From an uncultured virus (IMG/VR IMGVR_UViG_3300008255_000103) (taxonomy: Duplodnaviria; Heunggongvirae; Uroviricota; Caudoviricetes), in the IMG/VR virus record IMGVR_UViG_3300008255_000103, positions 62,001 to 126,000 of that record: a stretch of 64,000 nt of DNA; one strand, given 5' to 3'. Positions 11,092 to 21,113 of this stretch are shown one piece after another. Below the pieces are notes generated by a model. The model saw nothing but the letters and a program-made list of their open reading frames with translations, was not told where the DNA came from and ran no database searches. The number at the start of each line of letters is the position of its first letter. The stretch's first letter is position 1. The position numbers were made by a program, and so were the translations under genes.

Positions 11092-14000
11092 TTAGGATCC
11101 AGTCTGCGGTACGTCTTCGTATACTAACCAGCAATCTACTATGGTGGTAAAAAGAGCAACTCTTAATTGATCCTTTTTTTGCTTATTAGTGCTTTGATTT
11201 GCCGATGGAGGTAGATGTGAAAGATATTCTTGATGATCAGGAGAGCTTTGTGTTGCCACAATATCTCGTGCAGCATTTATTGCTGCTTGAGATGGTGAGT
11301 GCGGATCATCTTCATTACTCATATCTATGATTTTATATGTCAAAGCGTTTGGGTTTTTTATCCAAGGAACTGTGGCATTTACATTTTCATTATTTCCATA
11401 GGATATTTTAGGTCCCCAATCATTCTCTCCTCTTAAAGTTTTCATGATTGTATCTATAAACATAGCTAAATTAGCATCAAAAAAGTGATCTTTGTCACAA
11501 TACATACGAAGTTCAACTCTAGTTATTTTCTTCTCTGTACTAGAATCATTTTTATTTACAAATTGTTGAACAGAATACAATATATTGTTAATTGTTCGTA
11601 AATTTTGCTCATCATATTTAGTAGATGTAGCTTCGGATGTAGAACCCTCATTATTTATAGCTAATCTACTATTTTGATCAAGCATAACAATTCCCAATGG
11701 AGTTTCATTTAATGAGCTGGTTTGCCTATTGATTATAATATTTGCCAAGTCTCTATTATTATAAAGCATTTTACCCATCATATCAAGAGTAGTTGGAATA
11801 TATTCGCCTGGAGCGTGTCCATATGTAAGCTCTAAAGATGTAGTAAATGAACTTCCAAAAGTAAAATTATGTCTAACAGATTGAACATAATATAATAAGC
11901 CTCTATCTTCAATAAATACAACTTCTCCAGGTTGCATATATTCATTTCCAGATATAGTGACGTTCCCTCGTAAAATTTCTTTACGAGCACGACTCAAAAT
12001 CATACTTGCAAAAGGAGCGCATTGACGATTAGGATCTTGTAAAAATGGCACGTTAATAGGAGATTGATTTCTAAAACCATAATTACGCCATGTATCATAA
12101 TCAACTGCTTGAGCAGTTGTCATAGCATTACCTCCACTAGGAAAACTATTTAATCCTTGTGGTAAACCATTAGGAGCATATGGGTTTAATGTTCCTTGAA
12201 CCTCTACAATTGTATAGGGTGGTGGAGTTTCCGTAAAAGATAAACTCTGTATCTGACTTCTTTTAATAACATATCTTTTACCCGAACCAGGTCCTAAATC
12301 ATCATAAGATTCATCTTCAATCATATGTTCAAAAATCTCTGGTATATTTGAGTTATTAAAATTACCAGCAGTAAATAACCTATTACTGGTACTATTATTA
12401 CCATCATCTAAAGAGCGGGATTCACCATAATTTTTGATTAATGAATAAAATAATTTAACTGCCTTTTGTCTTTCTGCAATTCTTTCAGATAAATCATTAA
12501 ATATCTTAAAGGTATCTATTGTATAAGCTTCAGATTGTACCACACCAGATATTACAACAGGTCTAGTATCAATATAATCTGTTAATTTAATTTTCATTCC
12601 AGATTTATCAGATATTCTTTCGGCTAAATCTTGTGCAACAGTGTTCTCTAATACTTTATCAGTTTCATTGATACTGTATCCTGCTGCTGCTAATTTTTTA
12701 CCAGACAATACTTCTAATAAAGCTTTTGTTCTACCAGCAGTATTAAAAACATTTCTCTGTAAAGCTGCTTGAGAAGTAATGTTATTATATACTTCTAATG
12801 TACCATCTGCTCCAATTAAATCAGGATTAGCGTTTTTTACAATTTCATCTATATCTACAATAACTCCATCATCATTAGATATGAATGTAAAAAATCCATT
12901 ATTACCTTTTTTAGAATCTACAGAATAATTACCAATAAACATATAAATATCAAAATCTGTATTATAACCCAATACAGCACAATTAAGTCTAATATAGTCT
13001 TCGATAATCTCAATTTGTAATTTAAGAGTTTCTAATTGATTTTTAAATAAATCATTTAGGAAGTCTGGGAACACCTGTATGCCCATAGTGTCCTTCATGT
13101 ACATCATTCTATAAAATACCGAGCTGGGCACCCTATTATATTGCGGAGACCTTATTCTAACATGTCCTTGTGTATCACAAAATACTTCTAAATTTAATAA
13201 AGATGCAGTAGACCTAATATTTTCTTTAACACTAACATATGAGTTGCTAAACAATTTAATGTTATTTAACTCTTTATTATAAGCCATTATATCATAATCT
13301 TTATCATACTGATCATCAACTATAAATAGATTCTTATCATCATTAGCTCTAACATTATATGACATTCTTCTAGTTAAGTGATTTAGTTGTCTACGCAACT
13401 TTTTTCTATACATATTTTTTGTAGCAACCTGTTTAGAATCATCAGAAAAATCAGGGTTATCTGGCATATCAAATTCAACATAGTTTCCCTGAATTGAATA
13501 TTCCTTTTCAGTCTTTTTAATTTGTTCTTTAACAAGCGTATTAATTTCTTTTTCTATTTTTTGTGCTTCTGATTTCAATGACTTATATGTACTGGAATCT
13601 ACTTTAATCATAATTTCAGCAGTTCCTTCTTTAAGAATATCAGCAACACCATATATCTTCAATCTATCATAGATTTCTTGTAACTTCTTTAGTTTGTCAT
13701 TTATTTGATTATTTTGATTTTCAATATCAAATTGACCTTGTAGTTTTTTAGCATATTCTGATTCATTAACAGATAAACTTTTAAATGGAATAAAGTTACC
13801 CCATAGTAAGTTATTCTTAGATAATGAGGTTCTTATAGATTCATAAAATGTAGATGCTGCATTTTTATTGGCATTAGGATCCCCAGTATAATTAGGTGCT
13901 CCAATAGCTTTCCAATAAGTAGCGAAATTATATGGTACGCCAGTAATTAATAATGAAATAACATTCATTATATCTTGTCCAGCAAATGGATCCTTAGAGA

Positions 14001-16062
14001 TATTAGGCGCCCCAACCTTATTAGGACCGTTTAATTCAGAAGAACTACCATATTGTACTTGAACACCAATACCTTCTTTCCATCTATAAACAAGACCATC
14101 TGTAGCATAAAATGTTCTGGTTAATAATCCAGAAAGAGGATCTACACTTTTATCCTGTATAACAGATTTTTCAGTTATCGGCAATCCTACACTTGGTCCA
14201 CTTTTATGCTTTGCTATAGGAGATCCTTTATCTGTAGGATCTCCAGATAGAAGCCACTTATTTTCTTCTAATAACTCTGGATTTTCACTTTTAGCATTTG
14301 ATGTAATTGTATCAAAATTAGTTTTAAATGGTGTAAGTGGATCAAAAATCGCTCCATTAAATACATCAACACCAGGATTAAAATTAACTTTTCCTAAATC
14401 AAAATATTTAGAATTATCGCTGCAATTAACATCTATAGTATATTGACCTTCTTGCCAATTATCAGTAGCATTATCTATAATACCAGCAAATATGTGAACG
14501 CCTTCTTTTTCATTTATAAATTGAGAACGAACCATATTCCATAACCAAGTTGGAAATTCTCTTCCTACATATATTGATTTTTCTATTTGGCTGTCTATAC
14601 TACCACCCTGATCACTAAACATAGATCCAACATCTGCAAATGCGTTTTGTAAATCTGTAAATGATTGAGCTACTTTTTGCAAAACACCGCCACCATTAAA
14701 CATATTTGTTAAACCACCCAATAAATGATTATCAAATTTACTTTTAGATGACACATAAACATGCGCAATATCCATGGGTTGAATTAATAGCTTTCCTAAA
14801 AAGTTAAAACGTAATTTTCTTCTTGTATAATTAGTTTTCTCATTCGTAGTTTGAAAAGCGTTATCAGAATTTGCTATTAATGTTAATCTATCGAATATAG
14901 TTTTAATTAATCTACCAAATATAGTCAATTCAGATTCAGGAACAGCCATTCTAATTCCATTTTCTGATTTTTCTTTTTGTTCATTTAATCCATCTACGCC
15001 AGCTATAGTAAATACTGACCCAGAACCATTATATATGTATTCCTGCGGCACTTCTACACCAGAATTACCTTTAAGCCCAAAACTCAACAAGGATCCAATA
15101 GAATCATATGTAAATGGAATTTCAATCCCTTGTCTATCTATAATTGCTCTAACACGCTTACTTAACAATGTGTCTGGATTAATTTTAAATGTTATTGGAC
15201 TAGCACCTCTAATAGATCTTAAATTATTAAGCCTTGTTTGTAATTCACCAATTAAAATTGATGTACTTTCTTTTCCTAATTGATAAGTTTTGCTATTATA
15301 AAATACATTTGTCGCATCAGCAATTGCTTTTTCAATATCATATTCGGTAATAAGCATAGCTTCATAAGGATCCATTATAGTAAATCTACATGAACCTGGA
15401 CTAGACATATCTGTTGATACACTACTGCTAATATTAGTAAAATTTGTAATTTCTAATACTCCAGTTCCTTCAGCATATTGTGATTTTAATAAGTTAGTGC
15501 TATCAACAATCCAGTTAGTATATGGACTGGTAATATTGTATCCATATATTCTTTTTAATCTATCTGATACTTTAATCAGACTATCTGTTTCGCCAGTTGA
15601 ATTAAATTCATTACCTTCATAATCATCTTTTAATGATTCTGCAACGCTAAGAATTAATGGAATCATATAGTTATCAACTTGACCAACTATAGAAGTAATC
15701 TTTTGTATTTTTGCTAGAGTTTCCAGTTTAGCAATTTGATTACATTTATTTTGAAATAATACCTTTATCGTACGATAATATAATTTTTCATCAGCATCCA
15801 TAAAATCAGGTCTGAAATTTTCTGCTATTGATGAAAACATTCTTTTTTTAATTAGAACGGTTGCATCTGGTTGCTGTGTTAAAATCTCAAACTGTTTTGG
15901 AGTAGTATTATAAGGGTCCTTACGTAGATAGCCCTCTTCTACATATCTGCGCTCAGCAGATTGATCATATTTAAAATCACCCAAATCTAATGTACGGTTA
16001 GTATTTTCTCCCAATGAAAATTGGGAGTTCAACTGATCTGTTAATGCGCCTAAAAATCCCAT
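11092..16062 (-). CDS. Baseplate hub protein (gp27/gpD-like) with large insertions
   Basis: 1656 aa; hub-like segments FAGIID...IDVNCSD, LEVFCDTQGHVRIRSPQYN, GNVTISGNEYMQPGEVVFI...YYVQSVRHNF...TTSLELTYG; synteny. Confidence 0.65.
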   Translation of the reverse strand: MGFLGALTDQLNSQFSLGENTNRTLDLGDFKYDQSAERRYVEEGYLRKDPYNTTPKQFEILTQQPDATVLIKKRMFSSIAENFRPDFMDADEKLYYRTIKVLFQNKCNQIAKLETLAKIQKITSIVGQVDNYMIPLILSVAESLKDDYEGNEFNSTGETDSLIKVSDRLKRIYGYNITSPYTNWIVDSTNLLKSQYAEGTGVLEITNFTNISSSVSTDMSSPGSCRFTIMDPYEAMLITEYDIEKAIADATNVFYNSKTYQLGKESTSILIGELQTRLNNLRSIRGASPITFKINPDTLLSKRVRAIIDRQGIEIPFTYDSIGSLLSFGLKGNSGVEVPQEYIYNGSGSVFTIAGVDGLNEQKEKSENGIRMAVPESELTIFGRLIKTIFDRLTLIANSDNAFQTTNEKTNYTRRKLRFNFLGKLLIQPMDIAHVYVSSKSKFDNHLLGGLTNMFNGGGVLQKVAQSFTDLQNAFADVGSMFSDQGGSIDSQIEKSIYVGREFPTWLWNMVRSQFINEKEGVHIFAGIIDNATDNWQEGQYTIDVNCSDNSKYFDLGKVNFNPGVDVFNGAIFDPLTPFKTNFDTITSNAKSENPELLEENKWLLSGDPTDKGSPIAKHKSGPSVGLPITEKSVIQDKSVDPLSGLLTRTFYATDGLVYRWKEGIGVQVQYGSSSELNGPNKVGAPNISKDPFAGQDIMNVISLLITGVPYNFATYWKAIGAPNYTGDPNANKNAASTFYESIRTSLSKNNLLWGNFIPFKSLSVNESEYAKKLQGQFDIENQNNQINDKLKKLQEIYDRLKIYGVADILKEGTAEIMIKVDSSTYKSLKSEAQKIEKEINTLVKEQIKKTEKEYSIQGNYVEFDMPDNPDFSDDSKQVATKNMYRKKLRRQLNHLTRRMSYNVRANDDKNLFIVDDQYDKDYDIMAYNKELNNIKLFSNSYVSVKENIRSTASLLNLEVFCDTQGHVRIRSPQYNRVPSSVFYRMMYMKDTMGIQVFPDFLNDLFKNQLETLKLQIEIIEDYIRLNCAVLGYNTDFDIYMFIGNYSVDSKKGNNGFFTFISNDDGVIVDIDEIVKNANPDLIGADGTLEVYNNITSQAALQRNVFNTAGRTKALLEVLSGKKLAAAGYSINETDKVLENTVAQDLAERISDKSGMKIKLTDYIDTRPVVISGVVQSEAYTIDTFKIFNDLSERIAERQKAVKLFYSLIKNYGESRSLDDGNNSTSNRLFTAGNFNNSNIPEIFEHMIEDESYDDLGPGSGKRYVIKRSQIQSLSFTETPPPYTIVEVQGTLNPYAPNGLPQGLNSFPSGGNAMTTAQAVDYDTWRNYGFRNQSPINVPFLQDPNRQCAPFASMILSRARKEILRGNVTISGNEYMQPGEVVFIEDRGLLYYVQSVRHNFTFGSSFTTSLELTYGHAPGEYIPTTLDMMGKMLYNNRDLANIIINRQTSSLNETPLGIVMLDQNSRLAINNEGSTSEATSTKYDEQNLRTINNILYSVQQFVNKNDSSTEKKITRVELRMYCDKDHFFDANLAMFIDTIMKTLRGENDWGPKISYGNNENVNATVPWIKNPNALTYKIIDMSNEDDPHSPSQAAINAARDIVATQSSPDHQEYLSHLPPSANQSTNKQKKDQLRVALFTTIVDCWLVYEDVPQTGS

Positions 16063-16063
16063 T

Positions 16064-16954
16064 TTATCCTACAGTAGATATTTTGTTTCCATCATTTGAA
16101 AATGGACTATTATACTGGCTAGGTCCATCTTTAGCACTTCTTGTCCATGGAAAGTAATTCTGTCTATAACCACGTCTTTGAACTGCATTAAATACTAATG
16201 TATAATCCAGTAAGAAATTTTCAGCTCGTTCATTTATTGACATACTTTCAAAATAACCTTTATACACCCATCCATTATAATACATCTCAACAGAACATGC
16301 CAATTCTCCGAGTGAAACGATGTTTTTAGAAGACATTGCATTTGCATTTGGAGAATCTGCGCCTAATATTCCACCCAGTAAACCACCGCCTAATGCACTA
16401 CCAGTTGCTGCACCAGAACTACCAAATAAACCACCAACAACCCCACCAACAACCCCACCAACATAATCAACACCAGCCGCTGCTGCATCAGCAGCAGCAT
16501 TACTTGCTGCTAATGATAATCCAACAGAATCAAAAGCATATTGTTCGCCACGATAAATTTCATATAACATATTCATACCTTCAATTCCAGAACTTCCTGT
16601 TGTTCCTTGAAGATTAATTGTAGTTATATCTTCTCCCCAATATTGAATCGTGAATCCACCCTTTGTTCTTGATTTATTAATTAATTTCTTATGTTGATAA
16701 GTAATCAATTGAGGATTAATATACATTCTTACTAAACCAAATTCAGGAACAAACCAAGTAATTATATTTCTTTTTATTTGTGTTGGTTTTCCGCTTGGAA
16801 CTTTTGTATAAGGAAGACCATTTCCATCAGAAGAAAATGATGATGGGATCATAAATCCATCGCTCTTAAATTGACTTCGTTGTTCCTCTGTAAGAGGATT
16901 ATTTTCATTTAAGAAGTCTTGAACTGAGTTGGCGGCATCTCCAAAAAATCCCAT
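16064..16954 (-). CDS. Putative tail tube initiator / baseplate (gp48/gp54-like) protein
   Basis: MYINPQ.ITY..KK......T.GG....YWGE....INLQGTTG and YKGYFESMSI.E......DYTL.F; directly after the tape measure; Gly-rich hydrophobic insert. Confidence 0.6.
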   Translation of the reverse strand: MGFFGDAANSVQDFLNENNPLTEEQRSQFKSDGFMIPSSFSSDGNGLPYTKVPSGKPTQIKRNIITWFVPEFGLVRMYINPQLITYQHKKLINKSRTKGGFTIQYWGEDITTINLQGTTGSSGIEGMNMLYEIYRGEQYAFDSVGLSLAASNAAADAAAAGVDYVGGVVGGVVGGLFGSSGAATGSALGGGLLGGILGADSPNANAMSSKNIVSLGELACSVEMYYNGWVYKGYFESMSINERAENFLLDYTLVFNAVQRRGYRQNYFPWTRSAKDGPSQYNSPFSNDGNKISTVG

Positions 16955-16963
16955 AACATTTCC

Positions 16964-19273
16964 TTATTGCTTAGGTACTGGTAGTCTTGCAGTATCTTGA
17001 TGTGATGATCTAATCTTTGTTCCACAATTTACACAAGCTGTTTCAATATGAAGATTAATATCAATAGGTTCAACTGCTTCTGTTGTAGTTGTTTCCATTG
17101 CTTTCCTTTCACTTGCTTCTGCCGCAGCTACTTCGGCAGATCTAACATTAGATGTATTTTGAACGGCTGTCTTAACTGTAGATGCAGAGGTTGTACCTTC
17201 GGCAAATTCTCTAGTATTTTCACCAGCCTTTTTAATTCTATCCATTTCTTGCTGATATCCTTTTACACCAGTAAGAACAGTTTCAAATCTATTTGCTCTA
17301 TCATGTAAAGCTTGTTTTTCTTGTTCTGTTTCTGCTCTAGCTTCTTCTTCTCTTATCCTTGCTAAATTATCTTGAAGTTCTTGCATTTTTTCTGCAGATT
17401 TACCCTTATCTCCAGAATCTATTAATGACTTGATTCTGCCTACTGGAGCAGTTAATGCCGCAGGTAATCCTTCAAAAAATTCTGACCAACTCTTCATAGC
17501 TTCACTAGTTACCTTACCTAATGAACCTATTCCACTTTGATTAGCTAAATCTTTTCCAGTAACTCCAATTTCAAGACCTCTTTGTCCACTAAGATTTCTA
17601 CCTCTCTCCATAGAACGTTTTGTGTTAGCTCTCATTTCCTCTTCAGCAGGAATAGACGTCCCTACAAAATCTCGCGTTCCAACTCTTGCCGCCATCGTCT
17701 GTTGTAAAAGTCCCAAAGAACCTTGGTTAGCTGCGCCGCGCGTAGATTCTGCTATACCACGTAATACACCTAAATGTGTTGCAGATAATTCTTGAAATTT
17801 TAAACCTTTATCCATTGTTTCTTGAACAATAGTATCAGATAATTCTTTTTCAGATATTTTTCCTTCGCTTCTTGCAGAAAATGCTTCTAAAATTCTAGCA
17901 GCATCTTGCTCTGATTTAGCAAATGCTCCAAGTGGTCCTTGTTGCAACATCTGTCTTTGCATAATTGCACGAGATGCAGCAGATTCACTTTTAGCCGCCT
18001 CTTCTCCAGTAACAATCTTACCAAATTGTTGTTGCATTGTACTTTGTACTTTTCTCATAACCTCATCAATATTACCTGACTTAATCATATTTTCAATTTG
18101 GAATGCCCCTCTTAAGCCGCCTGCACCACCACTTCGTTGAGATAAAAATGCCCTTTGTGCAACATCAAGATTAGCTATCTTATTTGTCATGTCTTGTACA
18201 ATACCAATAGCGGAGGCGCCACTAATACCTGTAGATTTTAATGCTTTTGTATAATCATTCATCATTCTGGCAGCACCTTGAATAATATCTCCATTCTTCA
18301 TTCCTTCGCCACCAAACTTTTTTAAATCTTCTGTTGCTGCTTTTAATGATTGACGAACTACTGATAATTCAACACCAAACTTATTGGAGATCTCACCCAT
18401 TCTTGCAGTAAACTTTAAAGCATTCTCTCCCTCTAGACCCATATTTGTATAAGCTAACTTTAAATCATCAATTACTTCAGAATAATCTCTACCACTACCA
18501 ATAGCATAACTCATTGTAGCGCTTAACATACTAACCTTTGCACCACCCTTTTCTGCCATATCTACAGTGCTTTCTAGTGCGCCAGGAACCTGTCCTAATT
18601 TCATATAATACTGTTCAGCAACATCTGCTGATACTTGCATACTTTCAGCCGTACTTCTAATCATAGCATCATGAATTCCAGACAGTTCATTCATTCTTTC
18701 AAATTCAGTTCCAGCAGCATCAGTAACTTTAGTTAAAGAACCAGTAACTGCTGACATTTGAAATAAACCTGCTTGTAATCTAAGGGCATTATCGGCACTT
18801 TTAGCCATTTCTAAAGCAAATGTTTTAACAGCGCCAGCACCTTCTTTTATTTTCTCTTTAGGAACATTTACACCTGCTCTAGATAGAGTTTCTACTAATG
18901 TACCAACTGGAGCATTTTGAGCAGTTAATAATGCGATAGTATCAGTAATTTGTCCAGTAAACGTATTTAATGTTGGTGTTGCTGTCTCAAATACTTTAAA
19001 AGATTCTCTTGCGCCCAAAACACTTACACTTAAAGCTGAAAACGCTGCAGATTGTCTAATTCCTAAATCTCCAGTTTCTGAAAGTGCAGCTTTCATCATA
19101 TGTAATTTGTTTTCCAATTGACCCATTACAGATGTTACTTCCATACCTGCAGTTCCAAAATTAACTAATGCTTCAGTTGCATTAGAAGCTTGGATATGAA
19201 CATTCCCTAAAACAGACGCACTATTTTGGATAGCATCAGTATCTAATTTGGTTGGATCTATTGTATCTGCCAT
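16964..19273 (-). CDS. Tail tape measure protein
   Basis: 769 aa, Ala/Gly/Gln-rich and helical, immediately downstream of the frameshifted tail chaperone pair. Confidence 0.75.
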   Translation of the reverse strand: MADTIDPTKLDTDAIQNSASVLGNVHIQASNATEALVNFGTAGMEVTSVMGQLENKLHMMKAALSETGDLGIRQSAAFSALSVSVLGARESFKVFETATPTLNTFTGQITDTIALLTAQNAPVGTLVETLSRAGVNVPKEKIKEGAGAVKTFALEMAKSADNALRLQAGLFQMSAVTGSLTKVTDAAGTEFERMNELSGIHDAMIRSTAESMQVSADVAEQYYMKLGQVPGALESTVDMAEKGGAKVSMLSATMSYAIGSGRDYSEVIDDLKLAYTNMGLEGENALKFTARMGEISNKFGVELSVVRQSLKAATEDLKKFGGEGMKNGDIIQGAARMMNDYTKALKSTGISGASAIGIVQDMTNKIANLDVAQRAFLSQRSGGAGGLRGAFQIENMIKSGNIDEVMRKVQSTMQQQFGKIVTGEEAAKSESAASRAIMQRQMLQQGPLGAFAKSEQDAARILEAFSARSEGKISEKELSDTIVQETMDKGLKFQELSATHLGVLRGIAESTRGAANQGSLGLLQQTMAARVGTRDFVGTSIPAEEEMRANTKRSMERGRNLSGQRGLEIGVTGKDLANQSGIGSLGKVTSEAMKSWSEFFEGLPAALTAPVGRIKSLIDSGDKGKSAEKMQELQDNLARIREEEARAETEQEKQALHDRANRFETVLTGVKGYQQEMDRIKKAGENTREFAEGTTSASTVKTAVQNTSNVRSAEVAAAEASERKAMETTTTEAVEPIDINLHIETACVNCGTKIRSSHQDTARLPVPKQ

Positions 19274-19275
19274 AA

Positions 19276-19590
19276 TTATCCTTTAATAGCGCGGTGTCTT
19301 CTTCTTCGTTTTATTGATTGATCTTGAGAAAGCTTATTATTCATTTCTCTTACCATTCTACTAGATTCTTCAAATTCTTCATCTGTAGATTCATGGACAT
19401 TACCTTCTCCCATTAATTGCTTAACAGCATCTGGGTGAGAAAAGGATGCTAATAGATATGCGTGATTTTTAGCTAGTTCAGCATCATCATTTTGATCTGC
19501 TCGCCAATTTTCGTACATCCAAATTTTTTGAACCGGATCCATATCTGTAATAAACGGATCATCTGGTAGTTTTTTATATTCTTTACACAA
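19276..19590 (-). CDS. Tail assembly chaperone, frameshift extension (lambda gpT-like part of gpGT)
   Basis: Frame is open back to the A7 slippery site at 19626-19632 and is the -1 frame of the upstream gene; only a weak TTG start. Confidence 0.7.
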   Translation of the reverse strand: MCKEYKKLPDDPFITDMDPVQKIWMYENWRADQNDDAELAKNHAYLLASFSHPDAVKQLMGEGNVHESTDEEFEESSRMVREMNNKLSQDQSIKRRRRHRAIKG

Positions 19591-19622
19591 ATACCAAATA
19601 AAACGATGTTCCGGCTCATATA

Positions 19623-20279
19623 TTATTTTTTTAGGTCATCTACAATGACCGCCGCCTCCTCACTATTTTTGATTGTAAACTTCTCACGAGCCTCTTTAGC
19701 TAATTTAAGATATTCATCATACAATCTATTTAGTAAGGCGTCATCTAACTCTTCAATAAAGATTAACTTTGCTTCTAACGAATCAGAGCCTATGAACTGA
19801 GCGAAGTCGACGCCAGCAACAGTGGTAATAGATCTGGCTAAGAATTGTTTTCTAATTTCAAATGGAGATTGAACGGTATTATCATATTCTGCTGCAGCTA
19901 TAATAGCCTCTCTCATCTCTTTTGCTTTTAACGATTGAAAAATAAACTCATTTCCACCAACATCTACAGTATGTGTAGTTCGAGTCATTCCTAAAAGAAT
20001 TTCAAGTCTACGCCTAGCGCCTTCATTCAGTCTTTCTTTTCCTGTTCTACGAGCTTCTTTTGCTGACCTAATTTCTCTTTCTATCTCACCAGGATCACGT
20101 TGTTGCTCCTGCTGCATTCTCATCTGCATTTTATGTATAGATGCTTCATCTACAGCATAACGCTGTTGTTGTGATTGATAAGGCTCACTCTCATCTGGAA
20201 CATCAAACTCTTTCATTGGTGTTCCTGAAAACTTCTTACTACCTATTGGACTATCAAAACTTGGCATATTTAACTCCAT
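19623..20279 (-). CDS. Tail assembly chaperone (gpG-like)
   Basis: Lies between tube and tape measure; ends CTA AAA AAA TAA. Confidence 0.75.
   Translation of the reverse strand: MELNMPSFDSPIGSKKFSGTPMKEFDVPDESEPYQSQQQRYAVDEASIHKMQMRMQQEQQRDPGEIEREIRSAKEARRTGKERLNEGARRRLEILLGMTRTTHTVDVGGNEFIFQSLKAKEMREAIIAAAEYDNTVQSPFEIRKQFLARSITTVAGVDFAQFIGSDSLEAKLIFIEELDDALLNRLYDEYLKLAKEAREKFTIKNSEEAAVIVDDLKK
19626..19632 (-). other. Programmed -1 ribosomal frameshift slippery site A AAA AAA
   Basis: A -1 slip gives ...DLKK-IIYEPEHRFIWYLCKEYKKLPDDP, fusing the two ORFs. Confidence 0.75.
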
Positions 20280-20302
20280 ATATTAAAACTATTACCTATG
20301 TA

Positions 20303-20313
20303 ATTATATATCA
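20303..20313 (-). promoter_or_regulatory. Recurrent TGATATATAAT upstream motif (putative promoter)
   Basis: Identical 11-mer at 8621-8631 and a one-mismatch copy at 37075-37085, each shortly upstream of an ATG; lies just after the tube terminator. Confidence 0.4.
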
Positions 20314-20334
20314 ACAAACATTATATATAGTAAA

Positions 20335-20370
20335 TAGAAAAGCGTCTGAGGTTTTATCTCAGACGCCTTT
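20335..20370 (-). terminator. Rho-independent terminator after the tail tube gene
   Basis: Stem GCGTCTGAG (20342-20350) / CTCAGACGC (20358-20366) followed by TTTTCTATTT on the minus strand. Confidence 0.8.
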
Positions 20371-20394
20371 CATTATTAGGGAGTTACTTAAAAA

Positions 20395-21099
20395 TTAGAA
20401 TAATTGACCAGAATCACCTATATCAATTAATCCAGCTGCATCTAGAGAACCTCTACGACCAGCCGCTCCTGTATCAACTAATTGCTCAATATTCTTGACA
20501 ATACCGTTATCACCAGAGCTAATTTCTAAGATACCATTTGGATTTCCATTTCCACCCATGTGTACTACGCCAAGCTCTCCACCAACCGCTACTGGGCTTG
20601 AAGAAGAACCATTTAATACGCTGAAAATTGCTTCAGCTTCCCATGTCATAGAATCAGAAATAACCCAATCACTGACTTGGTATGTATAATCAATACCAGA
20701 AATCCATACATTCTTAATAACTGTAGAAATTTGATTTCCTGTATTTTTCTTTTGCTTATCGAATATCATGATATCAAAAGGATATACTTGAGAAGCAACA
20801 TGGATAAATCCTCTACTAAAAGCCTCTGCAATACGAAGTCTATCAAAACGGATTCTCTGACAAGTTCCAGTTATATTAGTAGATTGATTTGGTACAGAGT
20901 CAATATGACCATCATTGCCAACTTCATCAATCATTTTAATGGATCTCTTTTCAGAGATTGCCAAAGATTGAACTGCTCCAACAGCCTGATTGTGAACCAT
21001 TATAATGATATTGGTCGAAATTGCGGTGCTTGTTTTATTTATATTGGCATACGATGGTGTGCCGAATAATGTAGAACCTGTGTTAGGTGCATTAGCCAT
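20395..21099 (-). CDS. Tail tube protein
   Basis: Directly after the sheath; VGAVQSLAISE.R....IDEVG.DG.ID.VP......TGTCQR...FDI.I......IKNVWI....YTY. Confidence 0.8.
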   Translation of the reverse strand: MANAPNTGSTLFGTPSYANINKTSTAISTNIIIMVHNQAVGAVQSLAISEKRSIKMIDEVGNDGHIDSVPNQSTNITGTCQRIRFDRLRIAEAFSRGFIHVASQVYPFDIMIFDKQKKNTGNQISTVIKNVWISGIDYTYQVSDWVISDSMTWEAEAIFSVLNGSSSSPVAVGGELGVVHMGGNGNPNGILEISSGDNGIVKNIEQLVDTGAAGRRGSLDAAGLIDIGDSGQLF

Positions 21100-21113
21100 T
21101 TATATCTCCCTAA

